A model generated the notes under the pieces. That model was not told where the DNA came from, ran no database searches, and saw only the letters and a program-made list of their open reading frames with translations. A program made the translations under genes and the position numbers. Shown piece after piece: positions 51,001 through 64,000 of a DNA stretch of 64,000 nt. Position 1 is the stretch's first letter; every line of letters starts with the position of its first letter. The DNA lies in the NCBI GenBank assembly GCA_013265495.1, contig MU058423.1, forward strand, positions 4,231,061-4,295,060, in the 5' to 3' direction. This DNA is from Vicugna vicugna (lineage: Eukaryota).

Positions 51001-52129
51001 CCAGAACACAGACAGTTAAATGTTAATAGCACAAAGCTGAAGTAGGGGCCATCAGCAGTTTAAGCAACTTGATAGAAATAAAGTGAGCGAAGTACCAGGC
51101 AGGTGGGAATACTGAGTCCTGACACCACCTTGCATTGTGAGAATTAGACTGGGCATTTCTAATTCTGAAAGATCTGACTTGATTCTCAAAACTGATTCCT
51201 TTCTCCCTCACACGAGAAAGCAAGTCTAAGATTCGCTTGAAGTCCATCTTCTGAAAACCACCAGCTTTAAGAGAGTATGGGGAGACCAAAGCAGCCTCTG
51301 TTGAAGGGATCACTGCACCATGAGAGGCACAAAGAGCTCTTCTTCAAGTGACACTCAAAGGTGATTGGTTTTTGGTGAGTCTGTTCTGATTTCCCAAACT
51401 CATTTCTTCCAAACTCCTCTCTTCCTAGTTCCCTAGCTGTTTACTAGGTACCATTGCTATTTTCAAAACATTGTGAAAAACACAGAAATAATACATCTAA
51501 ATGTTCACCATTTAGTAATGAGGGTTAGATCTACACAAGCCAACAATCACATGTTTCTCAAATCGGTTCCTCATGGTCTTAGAGCATCAGGTGTCCTTGA
51601 GGGTAAACAGAGTCACTAACAACCCTGTGCAACTTCCTGGGGTTTCACCTCTTGGTACATAATTAAATATATTTTTATATTAAAAACAAATAAACATTTT
51701 ATGGAGTAAAATGCAAAAAAAACCCCACTGTGGAACATTTTTAGAAAAAAAAAAACCACAGAGACATTTCATGCTGGGGGCAGATTTGGAGGTAGGTGTC
51801 AAAACCCCCTGAACAAGAGTGTGAAGGAGGAGGAGTCTGGGGGGCTCGACTGGGTGGTAACTTATTCCTTTCCACCACCTTTCCTGCATATGACACTTCG
51901 TCCAAACCATCCAGGAGTGGCTGCAGCACCACTGGCCTTATCAAGACTGAGAACTGTAAATTAAACTGCCCCAGCATCAAATTCCAGCCTGAAAATATTT
52001 GCTGCTCTCCACCCCTATGGTAATCCAGGTGGCATTCTCCATACACCAAAATCTCCGTATTTAAAAAAAAAGTAGATTTGTCATCCTCCTTCCCTCAAGT
52101 CATAATATGTACTATGTATTGCAACAGTA

Positions 52130-52289
52130 TGTAAATTTGAAGGTGCGTAAGAAACACCTGGTGAGTCCAGTCCCACCCATCAGGAATTCTGCTTCAATAG
52201 ACCGAGTTGGACCCAGGAGCCTAATTTTACAAGTACTCTAGCTGATTCTGATGCAGATACCCTCTAGGCCACACTCTGATAAACACTGG
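52130..52289. mobile_element. hAT-Charlie MITE (MER5-like)
   Basis: agaaacacctgg...ttttacaagtactctagctgattctgatgcag...ccacactctgataaacactg. Confidence 0.75.
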
Positions 52290-52294
52290 TGTAT

Positions 52295-52540
52295 TATTTA
52301 TTAAGAACCGAGGCTCTGGGTTAGATCTGCCTATGTTTGAACTCCAGCTCTACCTCTTAGCTATTATGTAATTTTGGACAAAATACAGGACTTTTTGAGC
52401 CTTGATTTCTTCTTCTTTAAATTCAATATACTAATATGTACTCCATGATGTTAATTTGAGATAAAATTACATCATGCATGCTCAGTGTTTGGCATCTCCT
52501 TGGCATGCAGTGAGAGTGCTCAATAATTAGTAGCTAGTAA
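52295..52540 (+). mobile_element. MIR SINE
   Basis: ggctctggg...tgcctatgtttgaactccagctctacctcttagcta...gtgccaataattagtagcta. Confidence 0.7.
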
Positions 52541-52544
52541 TTAA

Positions 52545-53180
52545 ACATGCTCCTCCCTCCTGTATTCCTTGACTCTGAGAATGACACCAAATTCTTCCAT
52601 TTCCCATGCAAGAAACCTGGGAGTCACTTTCTATTTTTTTCGTTTTCTTCAATCTGTTCACCAACCAAGTTCTCTAGATGCAACCCATCACCACAGCTTT
52701 GTTCACACTGCCAATGCTTTCTTTAGTTATTTAACATTTTAAATATTTTTAAAAATATTTTTTCCTGAACTACTGTAATAGCATCTTAAATGTTATCTCT
52801 CCATATTTCATTGTCCTTTTTAAAACTATTCTCTACATAGCTGCTACAGTAATCTTTCTAGAATCCAAGTCTAACTTTATCATACCCCCTCTTAAAGCTC
52901 TTTAATGGATTTCCCATTACCTTCATGAGTACAATTCAAATTCCTTAGCATAGCTTGTAAGATCCTTCAAGATCTGGCCCCTGTATTTTTTATTTTTTTA
53001 TTGACTCATGTTCACACCTTATGAGCCAGTTATACCAACTTATGAGTGTATTTGTATATACAGTGGCCCATGTGCATTATTATTCACATATTAAATTCAA
53101 ATTATTTATTTTTATGTCTCTTCCAGTAGAGTTCTTTGAGAAGAATTGGCATGTAACAAGTGTGCAACAAAAATTTATGG
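52545..53180 (+). mobile_element. L2 fragments
   Basis: agaaacctgggagtca...ctgaactactgtaatagc...cttaaagctctttaatgg...ttcaaattccttagcatagc...gatctggcccctg. Confidence 0.7.
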
Positions 53181-53936
53181 GTCTAAAGAAAGAAAAGCAG
53201 AAAGATTGAAAGACAGGAAGGAAATAGGCTAAATTAAGTAGATTTAAAGTACGGATTAAGGTGGGAAGGATTTGCCCATAGGTTGGTGATTGGGGATCAA
53301 ACAGATAACCAAGCTTAAAGAACTTCCTAGCTCCCTAAGTTTTAGATGGAATTTGTTTGATGTAATTCACTGCATAAAAAAACAAAAACAAAGAGTCCAG
53401 CTCCAAGTGCAGAGTGCCTATGTGTGTGATTGATACATTTCCAGGGACTTCTGGTGAGGTTGGAGGACAAAGACAAATGGCATGAGCTGCAATCATGTCC
53501 CAGTTCTTTCCTGGTGTTCATCTGATCTTCATTTTTCTCCACAGTCACAGTGGTACTTCTTTTAGTGGCTTTAGATCTGAAGATCTCTTTTCCTCATCCC
53601 ACCTTGCCTTACTTATCCAACCCATAGAATCCTTCTGAGTTTACATAAGTAGCTGAATACCGAAGGTTTGATTTATTCTTGGACAATATGGAGAACTAAA
53701 TAAAACTGAGGAAAGAAGCAGCAAATGAGGTGGTTGTAATTTTTAAATGCCCAGGAGTGGCAGTACCTCAGTAGTGCAAATCCTTGAAAAAGTGTTAAGA
53801 TGTGTAAGGTGGAAACAGGTGGAGAACAAGAAAGCACACATATTTTTTTGAAGAAGAGGGAAGTGGTCTTTATTTATTGCGCTACAGCTAAAATGGCTCT
53901 CCTAATTACAGAGATCCTGGACATTCTACCTGGGTC

Positions 53937-54104
53937 CAGAGGCTGATTCATCAAGGAACTAATGAAGCTTATATCTCAGGGCCACTCAATTACACAAGCT
54001 GCTTCTCATGCCTGGTACTAATTCTGTGTGTGTGTGTTTGTGTTTTAAAAGAGGGTCCCAGAACTGCATAGGCTCTAGGATCTTAAAACCTGGTCTTGCC
54101 ACTG
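53937..54104 (+). mobile_element. hAT-Tip100 MITE (Arthur1A/MER69A-like) with 8-bp TSD
   Basis: Termini cagaggctgatt...tcttgccactg; ctaatgaagctta motif; flanks cctgggtc / tctgggac (6/8 match), the typical hAT TSD length. Confidence 0.75.
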
Positions 54105-54869
54105 TCTGGGACACAGGCAGTACATTTTAGGTCCTGCTGAACTAAAACTATTCTTCCTTCTTCATTTCTATTCTTTCTTTTCATTTCCCTTTCCCCCTCC
54201 AAATGTTCTATTCTCAGCATTTCTAACCTTGAAATGCATTTTCTCTAAATATAATTTTTTTCTTGCCCAAGTTTAAACCATATATATACATATATACTTG
54301 CTTCATATTATATTTATATCTAAATATAAAATATTGATATAATATACCAATGTTGATTATATTTATAATATACCAATATTTCATTAAAATGTGAATGTAT
54401 TTTATTCAGATCAACAGATACATAAGTCCCTTGGTGTATTACCAACAGTAAATATAATCTTCATTTATTTGCAAGGCTGGAGTGGCTGTTAGTTTACTAG
54501 ATCCACCATCAGCAACCAAAGCAAATTAAATAACAAAAAATATTAAGCAACTATCATTGCTAAGCATTATGTTAGATTAGTTTATAATAAGGTTGATTCT
54601 TTTCAGCTATAATGTAGCAACAAGACAAAATTGGATAGATGTATTACTTTGAAAGTAAGAACATTTATTATACAGGGCTATTTTGAGTAGGTTAAATAGA
54701 AATTAATTGTCTAATTCACAGAACATTTATGCAACATTTATTGTTAAAAAGAGGTATAAAAGAAAGTCATTATGAAAGCTTTAGAGAAGGCACAGTCGGC
54801 TTTCAAAGATGTCTCAGTTTTGCATAGGTGAAGAAGACATATTCTTTTTGGAATGGAGAAAGGATCAAT

Positions 54870-55015
54870 GATCATTGAACACCTTTTGTGGTTAGGAATT
54901 GTGAGAGGGGCTTTATATTTGTCATCTCATCCTAACAATTCCCTATGATGCAAGTATTATTCTAATTTTACAGATGAAGAAACTAAGGTTCAGATGTGTC
55001 ATGGAACCTATTCAA
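54870..55015 (-). mobile_element. MIR SINE
   Basis: attttacagatgaagaaactaaggttcaga. Confidence 0.75.
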
Positions 55016-56859
55016 GCTAATATCTGTAAATATGAAAATGAACTCAATGTTTGATAGGCCAGGGCATGGTCTGTGAGCTAATGGGAGATACATTTAAATA
55101 TACAATGTGAAATTGATTTTAGAGAGCAATGAAAGCTGGGTAGAAGTGTGCAGGTTTGATTAACTGGAAAACAGAAAGCCATTGGTGGTTTTCACAGCAG
55201 GTGTCCCACCAGCTTTCTTCGCTGGTTTTCCTGATTCCTTTCTAGAGAAAACAAAAGGATCAAGTTGAGCCCAATATTAGGACTAATCTCATTCAAGTCA
55301 TGAAGAAGAATTAAAAAGTAAGATTCAGTCAGAATTCTAGGAGTGGGCATACAAATAATCCTGGACGTATCTTATTCTTCTTTACATCCAGCACAATCCC
55401 TGGTACACAGCAGATACTCAATAAATGATGAGCAGACAAATGAATAAAGAAAAGTAAGTTTTCTGTAATTAGCTTTTCCATTTAATAAGATAATAAAGAT
55501 TCTCAAAAATTAAAGGAGCAATTCTCTGTCTTCTAATGTCTTCAACTCTCTACATGCTGCATGATTGCTTCTAGAACATCAGGCAGAGAAGACTTTTTAT
55601 TTAGAGAGACTGCCTAAATCTCAAATATTAGTTCATACTTCACTTCCAAACCAAGAGATCTCATTGTGAAGCCAGAAGGGTCCAGAACTGACCTACAGTT
55701 AGGTGAGTCTATTTCCACTGAAGTCTAGGACAGGGACTGAGACATCCTGAGGGACAGTGGAATGTCATGGTAACTGCAGTGCAGGATATGATGAAAGGGG
55801 AAATAGATGAGGTAGGGAAGCAAGCTAGGAGGTAGCTTTAATAATCTAGGTGTGAGAACAGGGAGTTGGACTAAAGTAAATAGAAAGATGATGAAAGAGT
55901 CAGCAGGAATTAGATTGATTGGAAGTGGAGAATAAAGGAGAAGAAAGAATCAACGGTGACAACAAAGTTTAATTCCTGGAAGAGAGTAAAACTGTTGGTA
56001 ATGAGGTCTCAGTCTGCAACTAGTATACGATTGAGACTCTGTTATTGCCTATACCAGCAGAGTTCGCAAAATGTTAGGTTGGTAGCCAGTGTAACTGAAA
56101 ATCAAAAAAAAAAAATGCCATAGAGATTTAATTCACAATGTACAACAAAATGTTTTTAGGTTCTCCATCTTCATTTCTCTCCAAATATCTCACATGTCAT
56201 AATTACTGACCTCCAAATCCTTCCTACTTCACTCCAAGCTCCCATTAACTTGGTCTCAAACTTGGCTTGCCTACGCTTCCTTATCTCTCTTGGTTTCTCC
56301 CCATTCCTCTCTTTATCTCCTTTTAGTCACTACCTGCCTATTTCATTACAAACCCAGCTGGGCTCTCTGGTTTCTTCAAACATCCTCCTTACACATTACT
56401 CTAATTTAAAAAACAAAGGCCCAAGAGCCTGGAGGTCAAAACACAATCCTTAGGAGCCAATAAGTTGTGATGAATAGCCTTAAGAAGCTGAGTGGACCCA
56501 GTCATGTTTCCAACAAGAAACTAGAGCTGGGAACTGCAACCCAAGGAACGAACAAGGTATGATACCCCCCCACCAAAGGAGTCACAGAAGAGGGGAGGCC
56601 AACACCAAAGGAAGTGGGATGAACCTGAGTGGAAGTGTTAGACAGTAAACAGAAACCAGTAAAAATAGGAGCAGGTTAGGAATATGTTAAAGATAAGTCT
56701 CGTGAGCTGCATACCAGTGATGACTGGGGGTATCAGTGTGGGACAAAGATGGAACCATTATTTTCAAGCCTGGACGACTGGAACAAATGGTTATTCTATC
56801 AAGGACTCTCAGCCTCTCCTGTGGTGAAGAAGAGCACAGAACTATCTTTCTCGGGATTT

Positions 56860-57045
56860 ACCTCCCAACATCTTTATGTCTCTGTTTTCTCTTCTATGTA
56901 GTGGAAATAATAATGATACACTTTCATAGTATTTTTGTGAGGATTAAATTAGCTAATATGTAAAAAAAAGAAGAAAAAAAAAGCTTAATATGGTGCCTGG
57001 CACATAGTAAGACCTCAGTAAATGTTAGCAATTACTATTATCATG
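56860..57045 (+). mobile_element. MIR SINE
   Basis: tgtgaggattaaattagctaatatgtaaa...gtgcctggcacatagtaagacctcagtaaatgttagc. Confidence 0.85.
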
Positions 57046-57737
57046 ATCACTGTCATCACTATCATTGCTATTCCTGTCTGTGGCCTTTCCAACTAGTCCT
57101 CTCATAAAAGCCTCCTTTACAGAGTCCAGTGTTTCCACCAAATAGGTCAATACTCATTCTTCAAAGTGGACTAATAAAATGGAGGTGTGAAGTTAATCTC
57201 TTCATTGAATACATAGAACACGTCAATCTCTTGGAAATCCAAATGCAAAAGCACTCCTATTATTTATGATGTAACCATACAAGTTCTCAGGGTGCCCTTT
57301 GTGGACAAATATAAAACATCCCCAGATGGCTCTTACTGAACACCCTATTTATCTCTTAGGATCAAATCTGTTATAGTAGCTATGGCCAATCTAGGAAAAA
57401 AAACCCACAATCCTCCCACCCTGCCAGCCAACTCAGAATTCAGTGTAATTAAAATCCAGATGGGAAGAGATCAAACCTGAGACTGAAATCATACTTCTGA
57501 ATTTATGAGCAAAGTGAACTCAGAGAAATTATCTAACTTTTCTGGTCATCTGTATGCTCAAGTATATAACAGAGACTATATCTCCCTCTCAGGTAAAAAT
57601 TAAAGTAGCTGATATATTAAAAAAAAGAAAAGAAAAGAAAAGAAAAACCACACTTAACACAAAAACTGAAATAGAGTTGGAAATTCAGATTCATTTTCTT
57701 CCACTTCCTTTCTCTTTTCCTTTTAATAGTTCACACC

Positions 57738-58028
57738 CATGTTTTCCAATATGGTAACCACAAGCTACATGTGGTTATTAGACACTTGAAATGTAGCTAG
57801 TCTGAAATGAGTGTGATGTAAGTATAAATTACATGTTATTTTTCAAAGATTTGATACAAAGAGAGAAGAATGTAAATACCTCATCAGTAACTTTATACTG
57901 ATACATGTTGAAATGATAATATTTTGGATATACTTGGTAGATAGAATTACTTTAACCTATTTCTTTTTATCTTTGTTACACTGAAAATTACTTATATGGA
58001 TATCTTATATTTCTCTTGGGCAATACTA
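57738..58028 (-). mobile_element. hAT-Charlie MITE (MER33-like)
   Basis: tccaatatggtaaccacaagctacatgtggtta...cacttgaaatgtagctagt...acatgttgaaatgataatattttggatata. Confidence 0.85.
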
Positions 58029-58202
58029 GTTTAAACAGTCAACCAGATATGATTAAGGAAACAACTGTCTAGCAAGTGAACATTCATGGTGGTTCTTCCA
58101 CATCTTGTAAATTTGATTGAAATGACCTTCACCATCCACACCAATAGGCACTTGAGGTTCTTGATGTGTTTGCTTTGGGCAGGAGCCTAGGAAAGGGGAT
58201 AA

Positions 58203-58238
58203 ACATATACACATGCACACACATACACATACACACAC

Positions 58239-58275
<37 letters not shown>
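58203..58275. repeat. Imperfect (CA)n microsatellite
   Basis: Directly visible. Confidence 0.95.
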
Positions 58276-58277
<2 letters not shown>

Positions 58278-58929
58278 GCAATAATAATAATGATAGTGAT
58301 GATGAAAAAAAGGCATGGAAAACATAGCCTGACTAGCTGGTGAAAACAAAGTTTTAAGATGAGAAATAGAGTGATAAGGAGTCTTTGAAGAATTGTCTGA
58401 GCTTTGTGCTTTTCATGGTTGGGAAGGCCAAAGGGAGAAGAGCCACAAGGACCAAAGAGCTCCCCCAAAATTACATGAAAAGAATATGAACTGGATGGTC
58501 AAAAAACAAACTGCAACAAGGATATATTTACATGCCTCCAGAAAGGTAATCAGAAATTCCTCAACCACAATATTAATAAGTTATTCCAGAATCTAGGGGT
58601 AGAAGAGGAAGTTACTCTTACTGGAGGAACCTCTTCGGGATCAAACATGTAGGGAATTAACTCCCTTAGAAGAAGGAAGAGTCCATATATTTGGTCATAG
58701 ATGTGAATACATCATTTAGTCTGACCTGATTTTATCGGCAGTTTACAACGCACATTTGAATTTATACATATAATTTAGATCACTCTAGATACCTGAATGT
58801 ATGTACAGGAGAGACATAAAAATGTAATCTGATCTCCAAGAAAATTTAAAAGCAATTCCTATCCTAGATTTAAAAAAAAATTATTTTGAAAGACCAGAAG
58901 GGGAAAAAAAAAAAAAGAGTTTGTGATCA

Positions 58930-59200
58930 ATAGTGCCAGATACTTGAGAGAAGAAAAGAAATAAGAAAATCTTTTGATTTGTCTTGAAAGTCATTGTCAA
59001 TGACCTTGGAAATACTTGTCACAATAGAGTGTTGAAGTGGAAAGTATTTCAGCAGAGAATGGTGGAATGATAAAGGAAACAGAAGAAGTAGGGAGGTAGA
59101 GTCAGAGTAGCATTGGAGAAGTCTGGAAATGAAAGAAAGGAAAATAGGGTAATAGTTTAAATGGGGAAAAGGATCAAGCAAGGCACTTTTAAGACTAATC
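58930..59200 (-). mobile_element. L2 fragment
   Basis: gaaagtcattgtcaatgaccttggaaatacttgtcacaatagagtg...gaaatgaaagaaagg. Confidence 0.55.
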
Positions 59201-60319
59201 AGTTCTGATGACAGAGTGCAAATAAATGTAGTGGAAAAGGAAAGGCTAAACATGCTCATGAAAGAAAGGTTAAGTATGGGACTAAGTAGCTGGTATCTAC
59301 ATTATGCTTTTGCAAACACAGGACGTATGCACAATGCAAAAAGCTCTCTTATTTATTGGCTAAATCTTTTTAGTTAGTAGCCAGGATTCTCTATGACTAA
59401 AATTATTGAATAAATGTCTCCTTTGTTCCTCACCTTCTAATTTCATTAATCTGTCGTGGTTAACTCTCACTTAAAGAAGCCAATATAAGGATTGATTTTA
59501 GGCAATTTCAGATCTTCCTCAATATTCGTTCAGGACCATACTGGCGGAAAATCCACTTGTGTTGAATGGATTGCACTGGTCTACTCAAGTGATATCAGAA
59601 CTGGGAAGTCAGAAGATATTGAATTTTAAATATTAGATTATTTTATATTGGCCTTTGGATCTAATATTAGATATTAAAGTGCAAAATCGCATTGTCCTTA
59701 TTGCCAGCTTTCTTTTTTTTTTATCTTGCTGAAGGATCAGTATTGTTTTAGTACAGTATTTGATGGCTCATGAGCCTACAGGGTGAGGGAAAATATTTGT
59801 ACTGCTTATTGAATGGTGGACAGCCCACGATTTAAAATAAACTTTGCCAAACTTTCAATGCAATAATTTATTAACCTACGATGGCCAGATCATCTTTTAC
59901 TACTGGAGTAAAAGAGATATCAAGCAACAACAAGCTAACCTAAAGAAGGGATGAATATGTTAGTGACTCATTCGTGGCATTGCCTTCAAGACAAAGCATT
60001 CTGCCAGGAGAGACTGCCTCTGTAGAGTCTGGTGTGTCAGAAAAAAAAGTAAGCAAAATCAAATGGACAGGATAATTATGAGGAGCCAAACTCATAAGAC
60101 CAAAGTGGGTCAATGCTACTTTGCAACTGTACTATTTTGACATATATTAAGAATAATCAGTATTGAGCAATACTTAAAAAAATATTAAAACCAGAAACAA
60201 AATGTGCAGTTTTGGTTCTCAAATGAAACACAAACATTCGGTTTTTACTGAGTTACAAAAATAGGCCCAATTTTCTTCAGAAGAAATATCTAGTGGATTT
60301 GTTTATAACAACAATAATG

Positions 60320-60545
60320 ATGAAAGTTAATATTTATTGTGAATCTACTGTGGACCAGGACTGTTCTAAGTACTCTATTCCAAATACTTTACATATATTA
60401 GATCATTTGATTCTCAAAACAAACTAACCAGTCCTATGAGGAATGTGTTGTTATTATTCTAATTTTGCAGATGAGGAAACAGACAGAAGTGAGCTAGATG
60501 GAGGCTGCACTTCAGATAGTGGCAGAAAGTGGATAGAACCAAATC
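60320..60545 (-). mobile_element. MIR SINE
   Basis: aatatttattgtgaatctactgtggaccaggactgttctaagtact...attttgcagatgaggaaac. Confidence 0.85.
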
Positions 60546-62247
60546 TTAGTTGTTGGTTTCTTATGACCAAAACATTGGTACACTACAGTAGCTCCTGAAC
60601 AGACCCTAACTGATACTTGACTTTGTTCCAGTCCCTGGCAAGCATATTCTCTGCATAGCAAGAGTTTAAAATATTGTCCTTGAAATGATCAGTTGCTAGG
60701 CAGGTTACAATCGCTGGCTTATCATCAGTGGAGTACAAAGTGGGAACTGGGTCCTAGAAACAAAAAGGCTATCCGAATAGGTGTTCCTACACATGGTCAG
60801 GACAAAGCGGGAAGAGTTAATTTGTGGCACGTCTCAAATTGTACAGGGTATCTATTTCAAATCCCTTTTACCTAAATCCAGGATTCATCCTAGAAATTGG
60901 AATAAACCTAGGTTGGCAAGTCTTGTCTAAAGCCAAAATACACCAGCTGCATGGATAAGAAGAGAGCTGAGGCCAAGACCCACACGAGGCTTATTAAAAA
61001 CCATACCAGGTTCTGGGTGCAAAGAGGAGGATATGGTCTTAGGAAAGAAGGGAAGAATCAGTGAGATGAAAGGCTTGCAATTCAGAGGTTAGGAATTGGT
61101 GTCCAGGATCTTTTGGGAATGATATGGGAACTCTACATTAGAGAGATGGCAAACAGCAAGCAAAGGCGATGTTTCGGGAACTGGAACAGAGTAGGATTTT
61201 CCAAAGGGGTCTTCAAGGACTGTTTGCCCTGCAGGCACTCGCCTCGTAAGAACTCACTGTGGGATTCTGTGTTAAAGATGAGTAGCCATGTGGCAAGGAA
61301 ACCTATTTAATTTTAACCTAGGATTTCTGAAACTTACTTGACAATTTAATCCTTTCTTATACTTATTAAAAGGACGTGGAGCTGGTGTTGCATACAGTAG
61401 ACTTTGGGAAACAGTGGGGTAGACACAATTAAGAAGAGGGCACAAAGTAGCCTGTCAGGGGAGTTGAAGAAAATATTGGAACATCTCTTTCTACTTGCTT
61501 TATCTCATGCTTTAAATTATCTTATTTCGATGTTTTATAATGTTTAAAATGTATTAGTGCAGAACATGCATTCCATTTTTACCTAAAAGAGCATACATGT
61601 ATTGATGGTATATGCTCCCTACTTTTTACTGATGAGGTGCATGTGAAATGAGTTTGGAGACAACCAGGAGAGGAAAGAGACCACTTGGGACGGATGTTCC
61701 CTGCCAAAAATGCAACCATAACCTATGTGAACTGGGAGGCTGTTCCTCATTCCTCCTCTACTTTTTTTTTTTTTTCTGTTTGTCCAGGATGAATTCTAGC
61801 CTCCAGCCACTGAAAGCTGTCAGTTTTAAGTACCAATATCAATTTAAACAATGGTATACGTAGACTTTCATGGATAATAAGAGTTCTTGCTCCCTGAGAG
61901 TAAATATGAAAATGAATCTAAACATTATGTGGCATTTTTATTGCCACTTCACTTTTTAAAAGAAATAAATACACCAATAATTAGTCCAGGGATTAACGGA
62001 ACATGAAAGGGGAATGTAAAATTCGTTAATTTTTAAGACACAAATAAAAGTCTCAAATTTAAAAGGAAGAAATGGAGCACTTGCTTGATCTGGATCACTT
62101 TTAATAGAACTATTGTCATTCTGAATATCACAAAACAGATCTAACTACTGTTTTTGACTTTTAAAAAATCTTAAGAGTTGTCTGCAATTGTCTCGGTTTA
62201 TTGTCCTCAAGTAAACAGCTGTCTGAACTACAACAGTCATTTAGATT

Positions 62248-62590
62248 TGAGGTCACAAACTCAAAGCCCACACGCTTCAGGCAGGCAGAGTAAAGCCATG
62301 AAGTGCACTGGGTGTGGAAGGAATGAGCGTGGGGTCTGGGGAACTGGGGACCTCTGGCTCTGGGTTAGGGGAACAATCACCAGTCAGCTCCAGCTGATCG
62401 TTTTCATGCAGGAATTTAAATCCAAGGCTACCACATTCTCTAATTTTTCAAGAGAAGCCACAAAAGTCCAGAATTCAGGTGATCTCTCAGTATTTAAAAC
62501 TGACACAATTTTTAAAGGAAACGTTGCATATGACAAAGCAGCCACATCTACAGGCAAAATTCAAATGCAAGCTGCTGCTGTGCCTCTGCT
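62248..62590 (+). mobile_element. hAT MITE (MER102-like), near full length
   Basis: gaggtcacaaactcaaa...cagctccagctgatcgttttcatgcaggaat...atttttcaagagaagcca; accounts for the 140-aa ORF at 62178-62600. Confidence 0.8.
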
Positions 62591-62898
62591 ACAGCAATAA
62601 AGCTCCGTCTTGGCGATTAGTAATTGTACTTAATTATCTTTGCAAAATCAAAGACTGTGAACTTCGGCAGCGAACGTCTTTTTTTTTTTTTTTTTTTTTG
62701 GCCACGTAATAGCTCTGGAACTTAGCATAAGTTACCTGTCCTCTCCAAAGACTTCATTTCCTCAGCTGTTAGATAGGGAAAATGGTAACTTGAAGCACTG
62801 TTGTGATGAGTAAATAACATGAACAGCCTGGCTCTCCTTAAAAATTTACTGCATTCCTTCCCTTTCATTTTGCTGCCAATAGTGGCAATAATGGGAAT

Positions 62899-62920
62899 TG
62901 TGTGTGTGTGTGTGTGTGTG
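62899..62920. repeat. (TG)n microsatellite
   Basis: Directly visible. Confidence 0.9.
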
Positions 62921-63074
62921 GTGGCTATAAAAGAAAGACCATAGAACAAGGTCAGATTATATTCTATCTAACTTACTGCCTGCTTTTGGTCAAGCTACTT
63001 AAGTCCCCCAGGTCTCACTGGACATGTGTAAAGTGAGCACCAGATGTTCCTCCTACTAAAGTCATTGGGAGAGA

Positions 63075-63310
63075 CAGTGGTTTTGGGCTTGGCCACTGGA
63101 CTCTGAGTGCCTGGGTTTGAATCTTGGCTCTGACACTTAATAGGTGTGAGATATTGGACACTTTAACTAATTTAACTTTCTAGTGTTTCAGTTTCCCCCT
63201 CTGTAAAGTAAGGATAGTAAGAATATCTTACTTTTAAGAAATAAAGAAGACATGTAAAGCCACTAAAACAGTGCCCAGAACATATCAAGTGCTTAATAAA
63301 TAATAATTTC
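63075..63310 (+). mobile_element. MIR SINE
   Basis: tgcctgggtttgaatcttggctctgacactta...tcagtttccccctctgtaaa...aacagtgcccagaacata...gtgcttaataaat. Confidence 0.9.
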
Positions 63311-64000
63311 CTAGTTCAAGGAGTCTAATATGCCACTGATGATGAGAAGTGCTGCTGTATGTACTACTAAGGAAGAAAAAAAATTATCTGAAATTAAATT
63401 GTGACATAATGCTTTCTTATCAGAATTTTTACTTTATACTTAATAAAAAAGATCTCCAGACCTAGGTATAAATTTGCATCACTACTCTTGTGCATATATA
63501 GAAAGAAAAATATACATATAATTGGTTATATTGACTTTGCTGAGTCACCCTGAAACTCTGAGTTATCCGTATCAATGCCTTTCTACACAAAATCATCTTC
63601 TGAGTGATTGGGGATTATTGGGGATCCATATCTCTTTTCCTCCTCTTCTGGCTTCTTCTACTTCTTCCAATTAAAGAAAAAAATTAATTTCAGAATTTTT
63701 CCAAGGTGTATACTGGTAGATAGAAGAGAATAATGAACATCCTTGAACCCATACCCCAAGGCAACATTCTTAATAAAGTGCTTACCATCTGCAAGAATTT
63801 TCTCCCAGATTGCTAACACCTATTTTTGCAAGTTGTGATGCCTCCATTTTCTTGATATTACTAGAAGATACCAACAGAACGTTTTCAGGCAAGAACTGGG
63901 ACTCACATTCCTTCTTCCTGTTGCCCTGAAATGGTTTGTTTTTGAAACATTAAGAAGCTGCCCTTGTTTAGTTACGTCAACAGGAATCCCAGCCAGGATG

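Larger units (their letters stand above)
44669..64000 (-). other. NTNG1: NTNG1 intron upstream of the LamNT exon (partial)
   Basis: No signal-peptide exon (MYLSRFLSIHALW...) seen; repeat-rich non-coding sequence. Confidence 0.75.

Noticed and set aside
56006..56037. Small hairpin gtctcagtc...gattgagac
   Set aside because: The stem is only about 9 bp, too short for a pre-miRNA and expected by chance.
62178..62600. 140-aa ORF
   Set aside because: Non-ATG start, lies across a MER102-like MITE, and no recognisable protein features.
1..64000. CRISPR array, operon or other novel multi-gene system
   Set aside because: No regularly spaced repeats with unique spacers and no gene-dense region. The window is mammalian intron with one exon.

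Overview
Mammalian genomic DNA, most likely a camelid (alpaca/camel), judged from tRNA-Ala-derived vic-1-type SINEs and cetartiodactyl-type L1 3' ends. The only coding sequence I can support is a single 641-bp internal exon of Netrin-G1 (NTNG1) on the minus strand at 44028-44668. It encodes most of the laminin N-terminal (LamNT/domain VI) domain and has canonical splice sites. The rest looks like NTNG1 intron, filled with MIR, L2, L1, ERVL LTR and hAT/Tigger relics, microsatellites and a few repeat-free stretches that may be regulatory. All other ORFs in the track look spurious or repeat-derived. I found no evidence of a new multi-gene system. The most notable observations: (i) a 196-bp TSD-flanked, A-tailed insert of unrecognised origin that splits a MIR; (ii) a TSD-flanked chimera of young and old L1 3' ends; (iii) three apparent amino-acid changes in the highly conserved NTNG1 exon, one overlapping an RBFOX motif beside the donor; (iv) a Tigger-type MITE with a CpG-dense core. 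Repeat family names come from recalled consensus sequences, not a database search, and most repeat boundaries are approximate.
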